The notes beneath the pieces were generated by a model, which did not search any database, was not told the DNA's origin, and saw only the letters and a list, made by a program, of their open reading frames with translations. Made by a program: the position numbers and the translations under genes. Shown here in pieces: positions 42,226 to 51,165 of a DNA stretch of 64,000 nt. Each line of letters begins with the position of its first letter. Position 1 is the stretch's first letter. Source of the stretch: Betaproteobacteria bacterium (GTDB lineage: Bacteria > Pseudomonadota > Gammaproteobacteria > Burkholderiales > SG8-41); the NCBI GenBank assembly GCA_032123035.1, contig JAQBFV010000189.1:243-64242 (forward strand). The letters are read 5' to 3'.

Positions 42226-43847
42226 TGTCAATGAGCCGAGCCCGTATGGAGCAGGCGGAGCGCCGGGCGCCGGGGGCGGCAAGCAGCACCGGCGCACACC
42301 CAGCGCCGTACTGGCGCTCACTCTTCCTGTTCAACGTCTACCGCCTGGTCGTTGGGCTGCTGCTATTACTCGGGGTCGGGCTATGGGGCGAGAACATCAT
42401 GTTCGGCTCACAGGACCGCACGCTCTTCCTGTTTGCCGACATCGCCTACATCGTGTTCAGCGTCGCGTGCTTCGTGACGATCGAGACGCGCCGGCACTTC
42501 AACCTGCAGCTCATGACGCAGGTGGTCGCCGACATCGTGTTCATCGCGCTTCTGATCGCCGCCAGCGGCGGAATTTCGAGCGGGCTGGGCCTGCTGCTGC
42601 TGACCACACTGGCCGGCGCAGGGCTTATCAGCCGGGGCCAGCTGACGCTGTTCTTCGCCGCGCTCGCCGGCATCGCAGTGTTGCTCGAACAAACGTACCA
42701 GGTGCTGGCCTACGACGCTCCGGTGGGGCAGTACGCGCAGGCCGGTCTTCTGTCCGCGGCCTATTTCGCCATCGCATGGCTTGCCCACGCGCTTGCCAAG
42801 CACACGCTGGCGAGCGAGGAGCTGGCGGCACGTCGCGAGGTCGACCTCGCGAATATGGAGCAGGTGAACGCGCTCGTCATCCGCGACATGCAGGACGGGG
42901 TGTTGGTAGTCGACGGGCGCGGCGTCATCCGGCAATCCAACACGCGCGCGGAGCAGCTGCTGGGACCGATCCGCCGCGATGCCGGGGAAGTGACGCTCGC
43001 CGGGTACGCCCCGGCACTGGGCGCTCGATTTGAACAATGGCGCAGCCAAAAGGGTGCGGACACGGCGGGTGTCAGGCCTTTCAGCAGCGCGGTCGGCGCG
43101 CGTTTCGTGCCGATCGGCAGGAGCCGCCAGATCGGAGCCGTCATCTTTCTCGAGGACCAGAGCCGGATCCAGTCGCAGGCACGCCAGTTGAAGCTCGCAG
43201 CGATGGGGCGGCTCACCGCCAACATCGCGCACGAGATTCGTAACCCCCTTGGGGCCATCAGCCACGCCGCCGAACTCCTGCGCGAGGAGCCGACGATCGA
43301 TGCGACCACCCAGCGCCTGATCACGATCATCAACGAGAACACGCGGCGCCTGGACGGCATGGTGAACAACGTGCTGCGGCTGAGCCGCGGCGACCAGGCG
43401 CATCGCGAGCGCTTCAAGGTAGTGAATTTTCTCAAGACGTTCGTCGGGGAGTTCACGCAGATTGAGCGCATTGACCCCGAGATATTCTGGCTCGAGCTCA
43501 CCGGAGACGCTGAGGTGCTGTTTGATCGCAGCCATCTGAACCAGGTCATGTGGAATCTGTGCCGCAACGCGTTGCGGCACAGCCGGCGGGAGCCGGAGAG
43601 CATCCGCATCCTCGTCGGCACGACGCACTCCGACACTGTTGTAAAATTGGACGTGGTCGATGATGGACCGAGCATCACTCCCGAAGTGCGTGCCCGTCTG
43701 TTCGAGCCTTTCTTTACGACCGCGGCCGCCGGAACCGGCCTCGGTCTGTATATTGCGCGAGAAGTGTGCGAGGCGAATGGCGCGACCCTGGACCACGTGG
43801 AGACGCCCTCGGGCACGCAGTTCAGTGTACTTTGTCGTGTGGCCTGA
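42222..43847 (+). CDS. PilS-like sensor histidine kinase (polytopic N-terminus, PAS-like linker, HisKA, HATPase)
   Basis: About six TM segments. H-box is AHEIRNPLGAI. The N-box region is NLCRNALRHS and the G-boxes are DDGPSI / GTGLGLYIARE. Confidence 0.85.
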   Translation: MMSMSRARMEQAERRAPGAASSTGAHPAPYWRSLFLFNVYRLVVGLLLLLGVGLWGENIMFGSQDRTLFLFADIAYIVFSVACFVTIETRRHFNLQLMTQVVADIVFIALLIAASGGISSGLGLLLLTTLAGAGLISRGQLTLFFAALAGIAVLLEQTYQVLAYDAPVGQYAQAGLLSAAYFAIAWLAHALAKHTLASEELAARREVDLANMEQVNALVIRDMQDGVLVVDGRGVIRQSNTRAEQLLGPIRRDAGEVTLAGYAPALGARFEQWRSQKGADTAGVRPFSSAVGARFVPIGRSRQIGAVIFLEDQSRIQSQARQLKLAAMGRLTANIAHEIRNPLGAISHAAELLREEPTIDATTQRLITIINENTRRLDGMVNNVLRLSRGDQAHRERFKVVNFLKTFVGEFTQIERIDPEIFWLELTGDAEVLFDRSHLNQVMWNLCRNALRHSRREPESIRILVGTTHSDTVVKLDVVDDGPSITPEVRARLFEPFFTTAAAGTGLGLYIAREVCEANGATLDHVETPSGTQFSVLCRVA

Positions 43848-43853
43848 CAAACC

Positions 43854-44051
43854 GGTGAATGGTGAATGGTGAATGGTGAATGGTGAATGGTGAATGGTGA
43901 ATGGTGAATGGAGAATGGTGAATGGTGAATGGAGAATGGTGAATGGTGAATGGTGAATGGTGCGTCGAAACAGCAGGGCTGCTTGAGAATGTCTTCGCGA
44001 GTTATGGGGTGCGAACCACCACTCACCACTCACGAATCACGACTCACGGCT
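43854..44051. repeat. largest heptad locus: 15 tandem units GGTGAAT (two are GGAGAAT) at 43854-43958 plus a degenerate 16th, a spacer of about 50 nt, then 5 inverted units CACCACT CACCACT CACGAAT CACGACT CACGGCT at 44017-44051
   Basis: Counted unit by unit. The pilS-like TGA lies 7 nt before the first unit, and the pilR-like ATG lies 8 nt after the last. Confidence 0.95.
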
Positions 44052-44058
44052 TCTTGAG

Positions 44059-45447
44059 ATGAGCGCAAACAGCCAAGTACTCGTCATCGACGACGAGGCC
44101 GACATCCGCGAGCTTCTGAGCCTCACGCTCGCGCGCATGGGGCTTGAGGCGCATTGCGCCGCGAATACGACAGAGGCGTACGAGTTGCTTGTAAAGAACA
44201 CGTACAACCTCTGCCTGACCGACATGCGGCTGGCCGACGGCGACGGACTCGCCGTCGTCGAATACGTCAGCAAGAATCATCCCGACCTGCCCGTTGCGGT
44301 CATTACCGCGCACGGCAGCACGGAGAACGCGGTTGCGGCCCTGAAGGCGGGTGCGTTCGATTACCTCGCGAAACCGGTATCCCTCAATCAGCTCCGCGCT
44401 CTCGTGCGCTCGGCATTGAAACTGCCCGCGCCGGGCGGGGACCAATCGCAAGAAGACGAGGCCCCGGCCCAGGGGCTGCTGATCGGCGAATCCGCGCAGA
44501 TGCGGGCGACGCGCGCGATGATCGAGCGGTTGGCGCGCACGCAAGCGCCGATTCACGTCACGGGCGAATCGGGCAGCGGCAAAGAGCTCGCCGCGCGGCT
44601 GATTCACACCAAAGGCCCGCGTAACGACGGGCCGTTTGTGGCGGTCAATTGCGGCGCAATACCGGAGAACCTGATGGAAAGCGAGTTCTTCGGTTACCGG
44701 AAAGGCGCTTTCACGGGCGCCACTGCTGACCGCGACGGCTTCTTCCAGGCCGCGAGTGGCGGCACGCTTTTCCTCGACGAGGTCGCCGACCTGCCGTTGC
44801 CCATGCAGGTGAAGCTCCTGCGGGCAATTCAGGAAAAAAAGGTCCGCAAGGTTGGCGCCACCGGCGAGGAAGCCGTGGATGTGCGCCTGATCAGCGCCAC
44901 GCACCGCAATCTTGGCGATGAGGTGAAAAGCAGTAATTTCCGGCAGGATCTCTATTACCGTCTCAACGTGATCGAATTGCGGATGCCGTCGCTGCGGGAG
45001 ATGCACGCGGACATACCGCTGCTCGCGGAGACGTTCTTCGCACGCCATGCCAGCGCTGGAAGCGGCCCGGTCCCGCGCCTCTCGGAGGAAGCGCTGAACC
45101 GGCTGCAGCACTATGATTTTCCCGGCAACGTACGCGAGCTGGAGAACGTGCTCGAGCGCGCGTTAGCCCTTGCCGCCGAACAGGAGATTCAGCCCGAGGA
45201 CTTGCAGCTCGGGCCGGTGCGCGCATCGGTAGCCACGGTTGTCGACGAAGAGGAGCCGGTCGCTGCCGCGGGCTTGCCGCTCCAGGAGCGGCTGGACTCG
45301 GTCGAGCGACAGGCGATACTCGACGCGCTTGCGCAGACGCGCTACAACCGCACCGCGGCGGCCAAAGTGCTCGGCATCACCTTCAGGGCGCTGCGCTATC
45401 GGATGGAGCGGCTCGGGATCACGGATGAGCTCGACTCGAAGGACTGA
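44059..45447 (+). CDS. sigma-54-dependent response regulator (PilR/NtrC family)
   Basis: REC domain (VLVIDDE...DMRLADGDG), AAA+ domain with GESGSGKE and GAFTGA, and a C-terminal Fis-type HTH. Confidence 0.92.
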   Translation: MSANSQVLVIDDEADIRELLSLTLARMGLEAHCAANTTEAYELLVKNTYNLCLTDMRLADGDGLAVVEYVSKNHPDLPVAVITAHGSTENAVAALKAGAFDYLAKPVSLNQLRALVRSALKLPAPGGDQSQEDEAPAQGLLIGESAQMRATRAMIERLARTQAPIHVTGESGSGKELAARLIHTKGPRNDGPFVAVNCGAIPENLMESEFFGYRKGAFTGATADRDGFFQAASGGTLFLDEVADLPLPMQVKLLRAIQEKKVRKVGATGEEAVDVRLISATHRNLGDEVKSSNFRQDLYYRLNVIELRMPSLREMHADIPLLAETFFARHASAGSGPVPRLSEEALNRLQHYDFPGNVRELENVLERALALAAEQEIQPEDLQLGPVRASVATVVDEEEPVAAAGLPLQERLDSVERQAILDALAQTRYNRTAAAKVLGITFRALRYRMERLGITDELDSKD

Positions 45448-45522
45448 AGCGCCGTAAGCGGCAAGCTAAACACGGCCTGCGCTCGTGGCCCGGCCAGAAA
45501 CTCACTGCGGTACTGTCGAGGC

Positions 45523-46188
45523 GTGAGACTGAAACTCACTGACGAAGGGATCCTCGAAGGGGTGCGCCACGTCGCGTCGCCCAACTGCGACGAGCGCCCT
45601 GCTGCCTGCCGCGTTGAGCTTATCGTCATCCATTACATCAGCCTGCCGCCGGGTGAGTTCGGCGGGCGGGCCATCGAGGAATTTTTTACCAACCGGCTCG
45701 ACCCCGGGGCGCACCCGTTCTTTGCGACGATCGCGGGTTTGAAGGCATCTGCGCATTTTCTGGTGCGCCGCGACGGTGCGGTCATCCAGTTCGTGCCGTG
45801 CGCGAAGCGCGCGTGGCACGCGGGAGAGTCGAGTTGGAAGAGGAGATCGCGATGCAACGATTTCTCGATCGGCATAGAGGTCGAGGGCGATGAAGAGGTG
45901 CCGTTCACGGCGGCCCAATACCGGCGCCTCGCGACACTCACGCGGGCGTTGACGGCGCGCTATCCGATTGCGGAGATCGTCGGGCATAGTGATATCGCGC
46001 CGTCGCGCAAGACCGATCCCGGCCCGCAGTTTGACTGGGCACGCTACCGGGCGATGGTGGGGATGAACCGCCGCGGTGCCAACGAAGAAGCCGGAATGAC
46101 CGTGCGGGAGCGCAACGCGCGCGCGGGAAAAACAAGCGCTCTCGCTGCTCGGCCACGGCGACGCCGGAAAACACCCAAGCGCACCTGA
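45523..46188 (+). CDS. ampD: 1,6-anhydro-N-acetylmuramyl-L-alanine amidase AmpD with a 45-aa basic C-terminal tail
   Basis: SPNCDERP, IVIHYISLPPGEFGG, AWHAG, and GHSDIAPSRKTDPGPQFDW. GTG start. Confidence 0.88.
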   Translation: MRLKLTDEGILEGVRHVASPNCDERPAACRVELIVIHYISLPPGEFGGRAIEEFFTNRLDPGAHPFFATIAGLKASAHFLVRRDGAVIQFVPCAKRAWHAGESSWKRRSRCNDFSIGIEVEGDEEVPFTAAQYRRLATLTRALTARYPIAEIVGHSDIAPSRKTDPGPQFDWARYRAMVGMNRRGANEEAGMTVRERNARAGKTSALAARPRRRRKTPKRT

Positions 46189-46232
46189 GGTACAGCGGCT
46201 CGATGAGTCCTGCGGTCGGGCAGGCGGCCACG

Positions 46233-46260
46233 ACGGGCACCAGAAGGTGCCCGTTTTTCT
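46233..46260 (+). terminator. intrinsic terminator after ampD
   Basis: ACGGGCACC AGAA GGTGCCCGT followed by TTTTTCTT. Confidence 0.85.
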
Positions 46261-46318
46261 TGTGCCGTCGCCACGAAACAGCGCATTCGACCCCCCAAAC
46301 CCACCGCGGGCCTCAGTC

Positions 46319-46334
46319 TGTGACAAATGTCACA
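46319..46334. promoter_or_regulatory. perfect CRP-family half-site palindrome TGTGA-N6-TCACA
   Basis: TGTGACAAATGTCACA read directly. It lies 265 nt upstream of the nrdA ATG. Confidence 0.45.
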
Positions 46335-46447
46335 TGCGAACTTAGGGCGCTGCTCATTTTTTGAGCAGAGAAACTCCTTGTTTTCCGTAGGTTGCCAAGA
46401 GGTTTTCCCAATTTAGACGAACAGTTAACCGCATCTTCAAAAATCTG

Positions 46448-46476
46448 TTGCGTTCACCAACCCACAACACTAGAAT
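46448..46476 (+). promoter_or_regulatory. candidate sigma-70 promoter of nrdAB
   Basis: TTGCGT - 17 nt - TAGAAT. Confidence 0.5.
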
Positions 46477-46513
46477 TTGTTTAAAACGGCCAACGAACCA
46501 CAAGATATTGTGG
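46467..46513. promoter_or_regulatory. tandem NrdR-type boxes (box 1 at 46467-46482, weak; box 2 at 46498-46513, strong)
   Basis: Box 2 is CCACAAGATATTGTGG, a near-perfect 16-bp palindrome of the acaCwAtATaTwGtgt type. Box 1 is ACACTAGAATTTGTTT and overlaps the -10. The centres are 31 bp apart. Confidence 0.6.
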
Positions 46514-46598
46514 TCGCTCGCTGGTTAAGCGGCGGGTTTTGAGGGGAGGGGGTCTCCCCTTGAGTGAGAAAATACTTTTAACTCAAGGAGTTGAATCT

Positions 46599-49454
46599 AT
46601 GCAGGTCGGCACCGAGACGGCTCGCGTCGCACCCGACACCAATCTGGCCCTTGCCGACACTCCCGCCAGTAATGAGGAGCGCTTCGCGCAACACAAGGTG
46701 ATTCGCCGGAACGGCGCGGTCGTCGGATTCGAGCCCTCGAAAATTGCGATCGCGATGACCAAGGCGTTCATCGCCGTGAATGGGGGCACTGGCGCAGCCT
46801 CGGCGCGCGTGCGCGAGCAGGTGACGACGCTCACCGAGATCGTCGTAAGCGCGCTGATGCGCCGCCATCCCACGGGCGGAACATTCCACATCGAGGAAAT
46901 CCAGGATCAGGTCGAGCTCGCGCTTATGCGCGGGGGCGAGCACAACGCGGCGCGCGCCTACGTGCTCTATCGCGAGGAGCGTGCTCAGGAGCGAGCGAAG
47001 GAGCGCCGGGCACAGGACGAAAAGCGCGGCCATTCGACCATCACGGTCAAGGACGGCGAGGTCGAGAAACCGCTCGACCTCGTAGCGATCACGGCACTGG
47101 TGCGCGATGCGTGCGATGGCCTCGGGCGCGAAGTTGGCCCCGAGCCGATCATGCAGGCGATGCAGCGCGATCTCTACGACGGCGTGCCGATGGCGGAGGT
47201 CCGCAAATCGCTGATTCTCGCCGCGCGCGCGCTAATCGAGCAGGATCCGGGCTACAGCTACGTCACTGCGCGCCTGCTGCTGCACACGTTGCGGCTCGAG
47301 ACACTGGGCGAGGAGGTGACGCAGGCGAAAATGCACCTGCGCTACACCGACTATTTGCCGCGCTTTGTACAGGCCGGAATCGAGGCCGAACTCCTCGACG
47401 AGCGCCTCGCGAATTACGACCTGAAGTGCCTCGGCGCCGCGCTCGACGCGAACCGGGACCTGAAGTTTACCTACCTTGGCCTGCAGATCCTGTACGACCG
47501 CTACTTTCTCCACGTGCAGGGCCGTCGCATCGAGCTGCCGCAGGTCTTCTTCATGCGCGTGGCGATGGGGCTTGCGCTGAACGAGCCCGAGGACCAGCGC
47601 GAAGCGCGCGCGATCGAGTTCTACAACGTGCTCTCGAGCTTCGACTTCATGAGCTCGACGCCGACGCTGTTCAACTCGGGAACGCGGCGCTCGCAGCTCG
47701 CGAGCTGTTACCTCACCACGGTCTCGGACGACCTCGACGGCATCTACGAGGCGATCAAGGAAAATGCGCTGCTGCAGAAATTCGCGGGCGGCCTTGGCAA
47801 CGACTGGACACCCGTGCGTGCGCTCGGGGCGCACATCAAGGGCACCAATGGCAAGAGCCAGGGCGTCGTGCCGTTCCTGAAGGTGGTCAATGACACCGCG
47901 GTTGCCGTCAACCAGGGCGGCAAGCGCAAGGGCGCAGTGTGCTCTTACCTCGAGACCTGGCACCTCGATATCGAAGAGTTCCTCGAGCTGCGAAAGAACA
48001 CCGGTGATGACCGGCGCCGCACGCACGATATGAACACCGCCAGCTGGGTGCCGGACCTGTTTATGAAGCGGATCATGGAAAACGGAGACTGGACCCTGTT
48101 CTCTCCGTCCGATGTGCCCGATCTGCACGAAAAGTACGGCAAGGCCTTCGAGCGCGCCTATATCGAATACGAGCGCCGCGCCGCGACGGGCGAGCTGAAG
48201 CTGTACAAGAAGATTCCCGCGACCCAGCTGTGGCGCAAGATGCTGTCGATGCTGTTCGAGACCGGGCATCCGTGGATCACATTCAAGGATCCCTGCAATA
48301 TCCGCAGCCCGCAGCAGCACGTGGGCGTGGTGCATAGCTCCAATCTCTGTACGGAGATCACGCTCAATACCGGCCCCGACGAGATCGCCGTCTGCAATCT
48401 GGGATCGGTCAACATGCCTGCGCACCTCGATTCCTTGACCGGGCGCATGGACATGGAAAAGCTCAAGCGCACCGTGAGCACCGGGATGCGCATGCTCGAC
48501 AACGTGATCGACCTCAATTTCTACTCGGTCAACAAGGCGCGCAACTCCAACTTCAAGCACCGTCCCGTGGGGCTCGGGATCATGGGCTTCCAGGACTGCC
48601 TGCACGGGCTGCGAATCCCGTACGGCTCGCAGGCGGCGGTGGAGTTTGCCGACCGCTCGATGGAGGCGATCGCTTACTGCGCCTTTTCGGCCTCGACCGA
48701 TCTCGCCGAGGAGCGCGGCACGTTCTCAACTTTCAAGAACTCGCTATGGGACCGCGGGATATTGCCGGCGGACACGTTGCGGTTGCTCGCGGAGGAGCGC
48801 GGCGGCTTCGTCGAATGCGACCTGTCCATGACACTCGACTGGGACCGCTTGCGCAAGCGCGTGCAGCAGGTCGGCATGCGTAACTCGAACTGCATCGCGA
48901 TTGCGCCGACCGCGACCATCGCGAATATTACGGGTCTCTCGCAGTCGATCGAGCCGACTTATCAGAACGTTTACGTCAAATCGAATCTGTCGGGCGAGTT
49001 CACGGTGGTGAACGACTTCCTGGTGCGGGATTTGAAGGAGCTCAATCTCTGGGATGAGGTGATGATCGCGGACCTCAAATATTTCGACGGCTCGCTTGCC
49101 AAGATCGACCGCATCCCGCCCGACGTTCGCAGCCTCTACGCGACCTCCTTTGAAGTCGATCCAAAGTGGCTGGTCGAGTGTGCTGCGCGCCGGCAGAAAT
49201 GGATCGACCAGTCGCAATCACTCAACATCTACATGGCGGGCGTCTCGGGCAATAAGCTCGACGAGGTCTACAAGCTCGCCTGGGTGCGCGGACTCAAGAC
49301 CACCTATTACCTGAGGACGCTTGGCGCGACGTCTGCGGAGAAGTCCACGGTCACCACCGGGCAGTTGAACGCCGTGGCAGCGGACGGCGGGCTGCCGGCG
49401 ACGAACGCAACGTTCTGCTCGATCGACGATCCTGAATGCGAGTCCTGCCAATAA
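46599..49454 (+). CDS. nrdA: class Ia ribonucleotide reductase alpha subunit
   Basis: ATP-cone (VIRRNGAVVGFEPSKIAIAM), catalytic NLCTEI, and a C-terminal CxxxxC... tail ending CESCQ. AAGGAG lies 8 nt before ATG 46599. Confidence 0.96.
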   Translation: MQVGTETARVAPDTNLALADTPASNEERFAQHKVIRRNGAVVGFEPSKIAIAMTKAFIAVNGGTGAASARVREQVTTLTEIVVSALMRRHPTGGTFHIEEIQDQVELALMRGGEHNAARAYVLYREERAQERAKERRAQDEKRGHSTITVKDGEVEKPLDLVAITALVRDACDGLGREVGPEPIMQAMQRDLYDGVPMAEVRKSLILAARALIEQDPGYSYVTARLLLHTLRLETLGEEVTQAKMHLRYTDYLPRFVQAGIEAELLDERLANYDLKCLGAALDANRDLKFTYLGLQILYDRYFLHVQGRRIELPQVFFMRVAMGLALNEPEDQREARAIEFYNVLSSFDFMSSTPTLFNSGTRRSQLASCYLTTVSDDLDGIYEAIKENALLQKFAGGLGNDWTPVRALGAHIKGTNGKSQGVVPFLKVVNDTAVAVNQGGKRKGAVCSYLETWHLDIEEFLELRKNTGDDRRRTHDMNTASWVPDLFMKRIMENGDWTLFSPSDVPDLHEKYGKAFERAYIEYERRAATGELKLYKKIPATQLWRKMLSMLFETGHPWITFKDPCNIRSPQQHVGVVHSSNLCTEITLNTGPDEIAVCNLGSVNMPAHLDSLTGRMDMEKLKRTVSTGMRMLDNVIDLNFYSVNKARNSNFKHRPVGLGIMGFQDCLHGLRIPYGSQAAVEFADRSMEAIAYCAFSASTDLAEERGTFSTFKNSLWDRGILPADTLRLLAEERGGFVECDLSMTLDWDRLRKRVQQVGMRNSNCIAIAPTATIANITGLSQSIEPTYQNVYVKSNLSGEFTVVNDFLVRDLKELNLWDEVMIADLKYFDGSLAKIDRIPPDVRSLYATSFEVDPKWLVECAARRQKWIDQSQSLNIYMAGVSGNKLDEVYKLAWVRGLKTTYYLRTLGATSAEKSTVTTGQLNAVAADGGLPATNATFCSIDDPECESCQ

Positions 49455-49594
49455 GGAGATAGCTCACTCACGAATCAGGGGTTTCTGAGGAATGATTCAT
49501 CGGCACCCATAGCCGCATTACCCATGACAACCATAAAAATGCGGTGGCAGTGCCGAAAAGTGTCCACCCAAAACACCCATAAAGGAGACTGAAG

Positions 49595-50707
49595 ATGTTG
49601 CAGTTCGAGGAGCAGCAGGCAGTGAGCGCAGGCGCCGGCCTGGCGGTGGATCCCGCCGTGGCGCGGCAGCAGGAAGAGGAGGCCGAGTTCCGGCGGGTCA
49701 ACGTCGCCGACAAGCGCATCATCAACGGCCGGACCGACGTCAATCAGCTGGTGCCGTTCAAGTACAAGTGGGCCTGGGAGAAATACCTTTCAGCGTGTGC
49801 CAACCACTGGATGCCGCAGGAAATCCAGATGAGCCGGGACATCGCGCTGTGGAAGGACCCGAACGGACTCACCGAGGACGAGCGCCGCATCGTCAAGCGC
49901 AATCTCGGCTTCTTCGTAACCGCGGATTCCCTGGCGGCCAACAATATCGTGCTGGGCACCTACCGCCATATCACGGCGCCGGAGTGCCGGCAGTACCTGC
50001 TGCGCCAGGCGTTCGAGGAGGCGATCCACACCCACGCTTATCAATATATCGTCGAGAGCCTGCAACTCGACGAGGGCGAGGTGTTCAACGCCTACCGCGA
50101 GATTCCGTCGATCCGCGCCAAGGACGAGTTCCTGATCCCGTTTATCGATACGCTGACCGATCCGTCGTTCCAGACCGGCACGCCTGAGAGCGACCAGAAG
50201 CTCCTGCGCAGCCTCATCGTGTTCGCCTGCATGATGGAGGGACTTTTCTTCTACGTCGGCTTCGCCCAGATTCTCTCGCTCGGGCGTCAGAATAAGATGA
50301 CCGGCTCGGCGGAGCAGTATCAATACATCCTGCGCGATGAGTCCATGCATTGCAATTTCGGCATTGATCTGATCAATCAGATCAAGCTGGAGAACCCGCA
50401 CCTGTGGACGACGGAATTCCGCGAGGAGGTGCGCGAGCTGTTCCGCAAAGCGGTGGCGCTCGAATACCGCTACGCGGAGGACACCATGCCGCGGGGCGTG
50501 CTGGGGCTGAATGCCTCCATGTTCAAGGAATACCTGCGTTACATCGCGAACCGCCGCTGCCAGCAAATCGGCCTGGACGTGCTGTATGAGGGCGCGAGCA
50601 ATCCATTTCCCTGGATGGCTGAGATGTGCGACCTCAAGAAGGAGCGTAATTTTTTCGAGACGCGCGTCATCGAGTACCAGACCGGCGGTGCGCTCACCTG
50701 GGACTAG
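49595..50707 (+). CDS. nrdB: class Ia ribonucleotide reductase beta subunit
   Basis: Diiron/tyrosyl motifs EEAIHTHAY and RDESMHCNF. The C-terminal acidic tail ends in W-D. Confidence 0.95.
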   Translation: MLQFEEQQAVSAGAGLAVDPAVARQQEEEAEFRRVNVADKRIINGRTDVNQLVPFKYKWAWEKYLSACANHWMPQEIQMSRDIALWKDPNGLTEDERRIVKRNLGFFVTADSLAANNIVLGTYRHITAPECRQYLLRQAFEEAIHTHAYQYIVESLQLDEGEVFNAYREIPSIRAKDEFLIPFIDTLTDPSFQTGTPESDQKLLRSLIVFACMMEGLFFYVGFAQILSLGRQNKMTGSAEQYQYILRDESMHCNFGIDLINQIKLENPHLWTTEFREEVRELFRKAVALEYRYAEDTMPRGVLGLNASMFKEYLRYIANRRCQQIGLDVLYEGASNPFPWMAEMCDLKKERNFFETRVIEYQTGGALTWD

Positions 50708-50810
50708 AACGGAGTTGTTGGGCGAGACAGGGCTTTTTAACGAGCATGGGAGGCGCCATCTCTTGGGTTCCAGCCTGCTGAACCGACGTTACCGCAGCCG
50801 CAGAGGAAAC

Positions 50811-51071
50811 ATGAACCACTCCATTACCGAATGTCGCGCCGAGGACAACTACACGCTCTGGCTCCGTTTCGACGACGGTCTGGAGGGGCGCGTCTATCTC
50901 GGTGACCTGGTATCGACGATGTCGTATAGCGCGATTTCGGACGCGGCAAGCTTCAGCCGGGTGGCGATCGACCCCGTGTCGAATGGCGTGACCTGGGGAG
51001 GCGGGATCGATCTGGATCCGGAACTTTTGTACCGCGATCTGGCCACCAAGTCCCAGGCCGCTCTGCATTAG
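50811..51071 (+). CDS. DUF2442-type small protein
   Basis: ITECRAEDNYTLWLRFDDGLEGRVYL...VSNGVTWGGGIDLDPELLY. GAGGAA RBS. Confidence 0.6.
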   Translation: MNHSITECRAEDNYTLWLRFDDGLEGRVYLGDLVSTMSYSAISDAASFSRVAIDPVSNGVTWGGGIDLDPELLYRDLATKSQAALH

Positions 51072-51165
51072 GGCGGGGCGCGAGAAAGGGCCGGCGCAAG
51101 CGGCGGCACAAGGTTCCCGGCCCTGTCGTCCCTGTGTTGCTTGGGCAATGTGACAGGAGGTGCGA

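Noticed and set aside
43854-43965. Heptad arrays considered as a CRISPR array or as phase-variable coding repeats
   Set aside because: The units are 7 nt with no interspersed unique spacers and there are no cas genes, so this is not a CRISPR. The arrays lie outside or at the extreme 3' end of ORFs, so classical on/off frameshift phase variation of a coding region does not apply.
42408-44033. Long minus-strand ORFs (541 aa and 422 aa) with striking HSPFTI/HSPFTIH peptide repeats
   Set aside because: The repeats are simply the GGTGAAT heptad array read in the three minus-strand frames. The rest of both ORFs is antisense to the well-supported histidine kinase gene. This is the artefact expected in GC-rich DNA.
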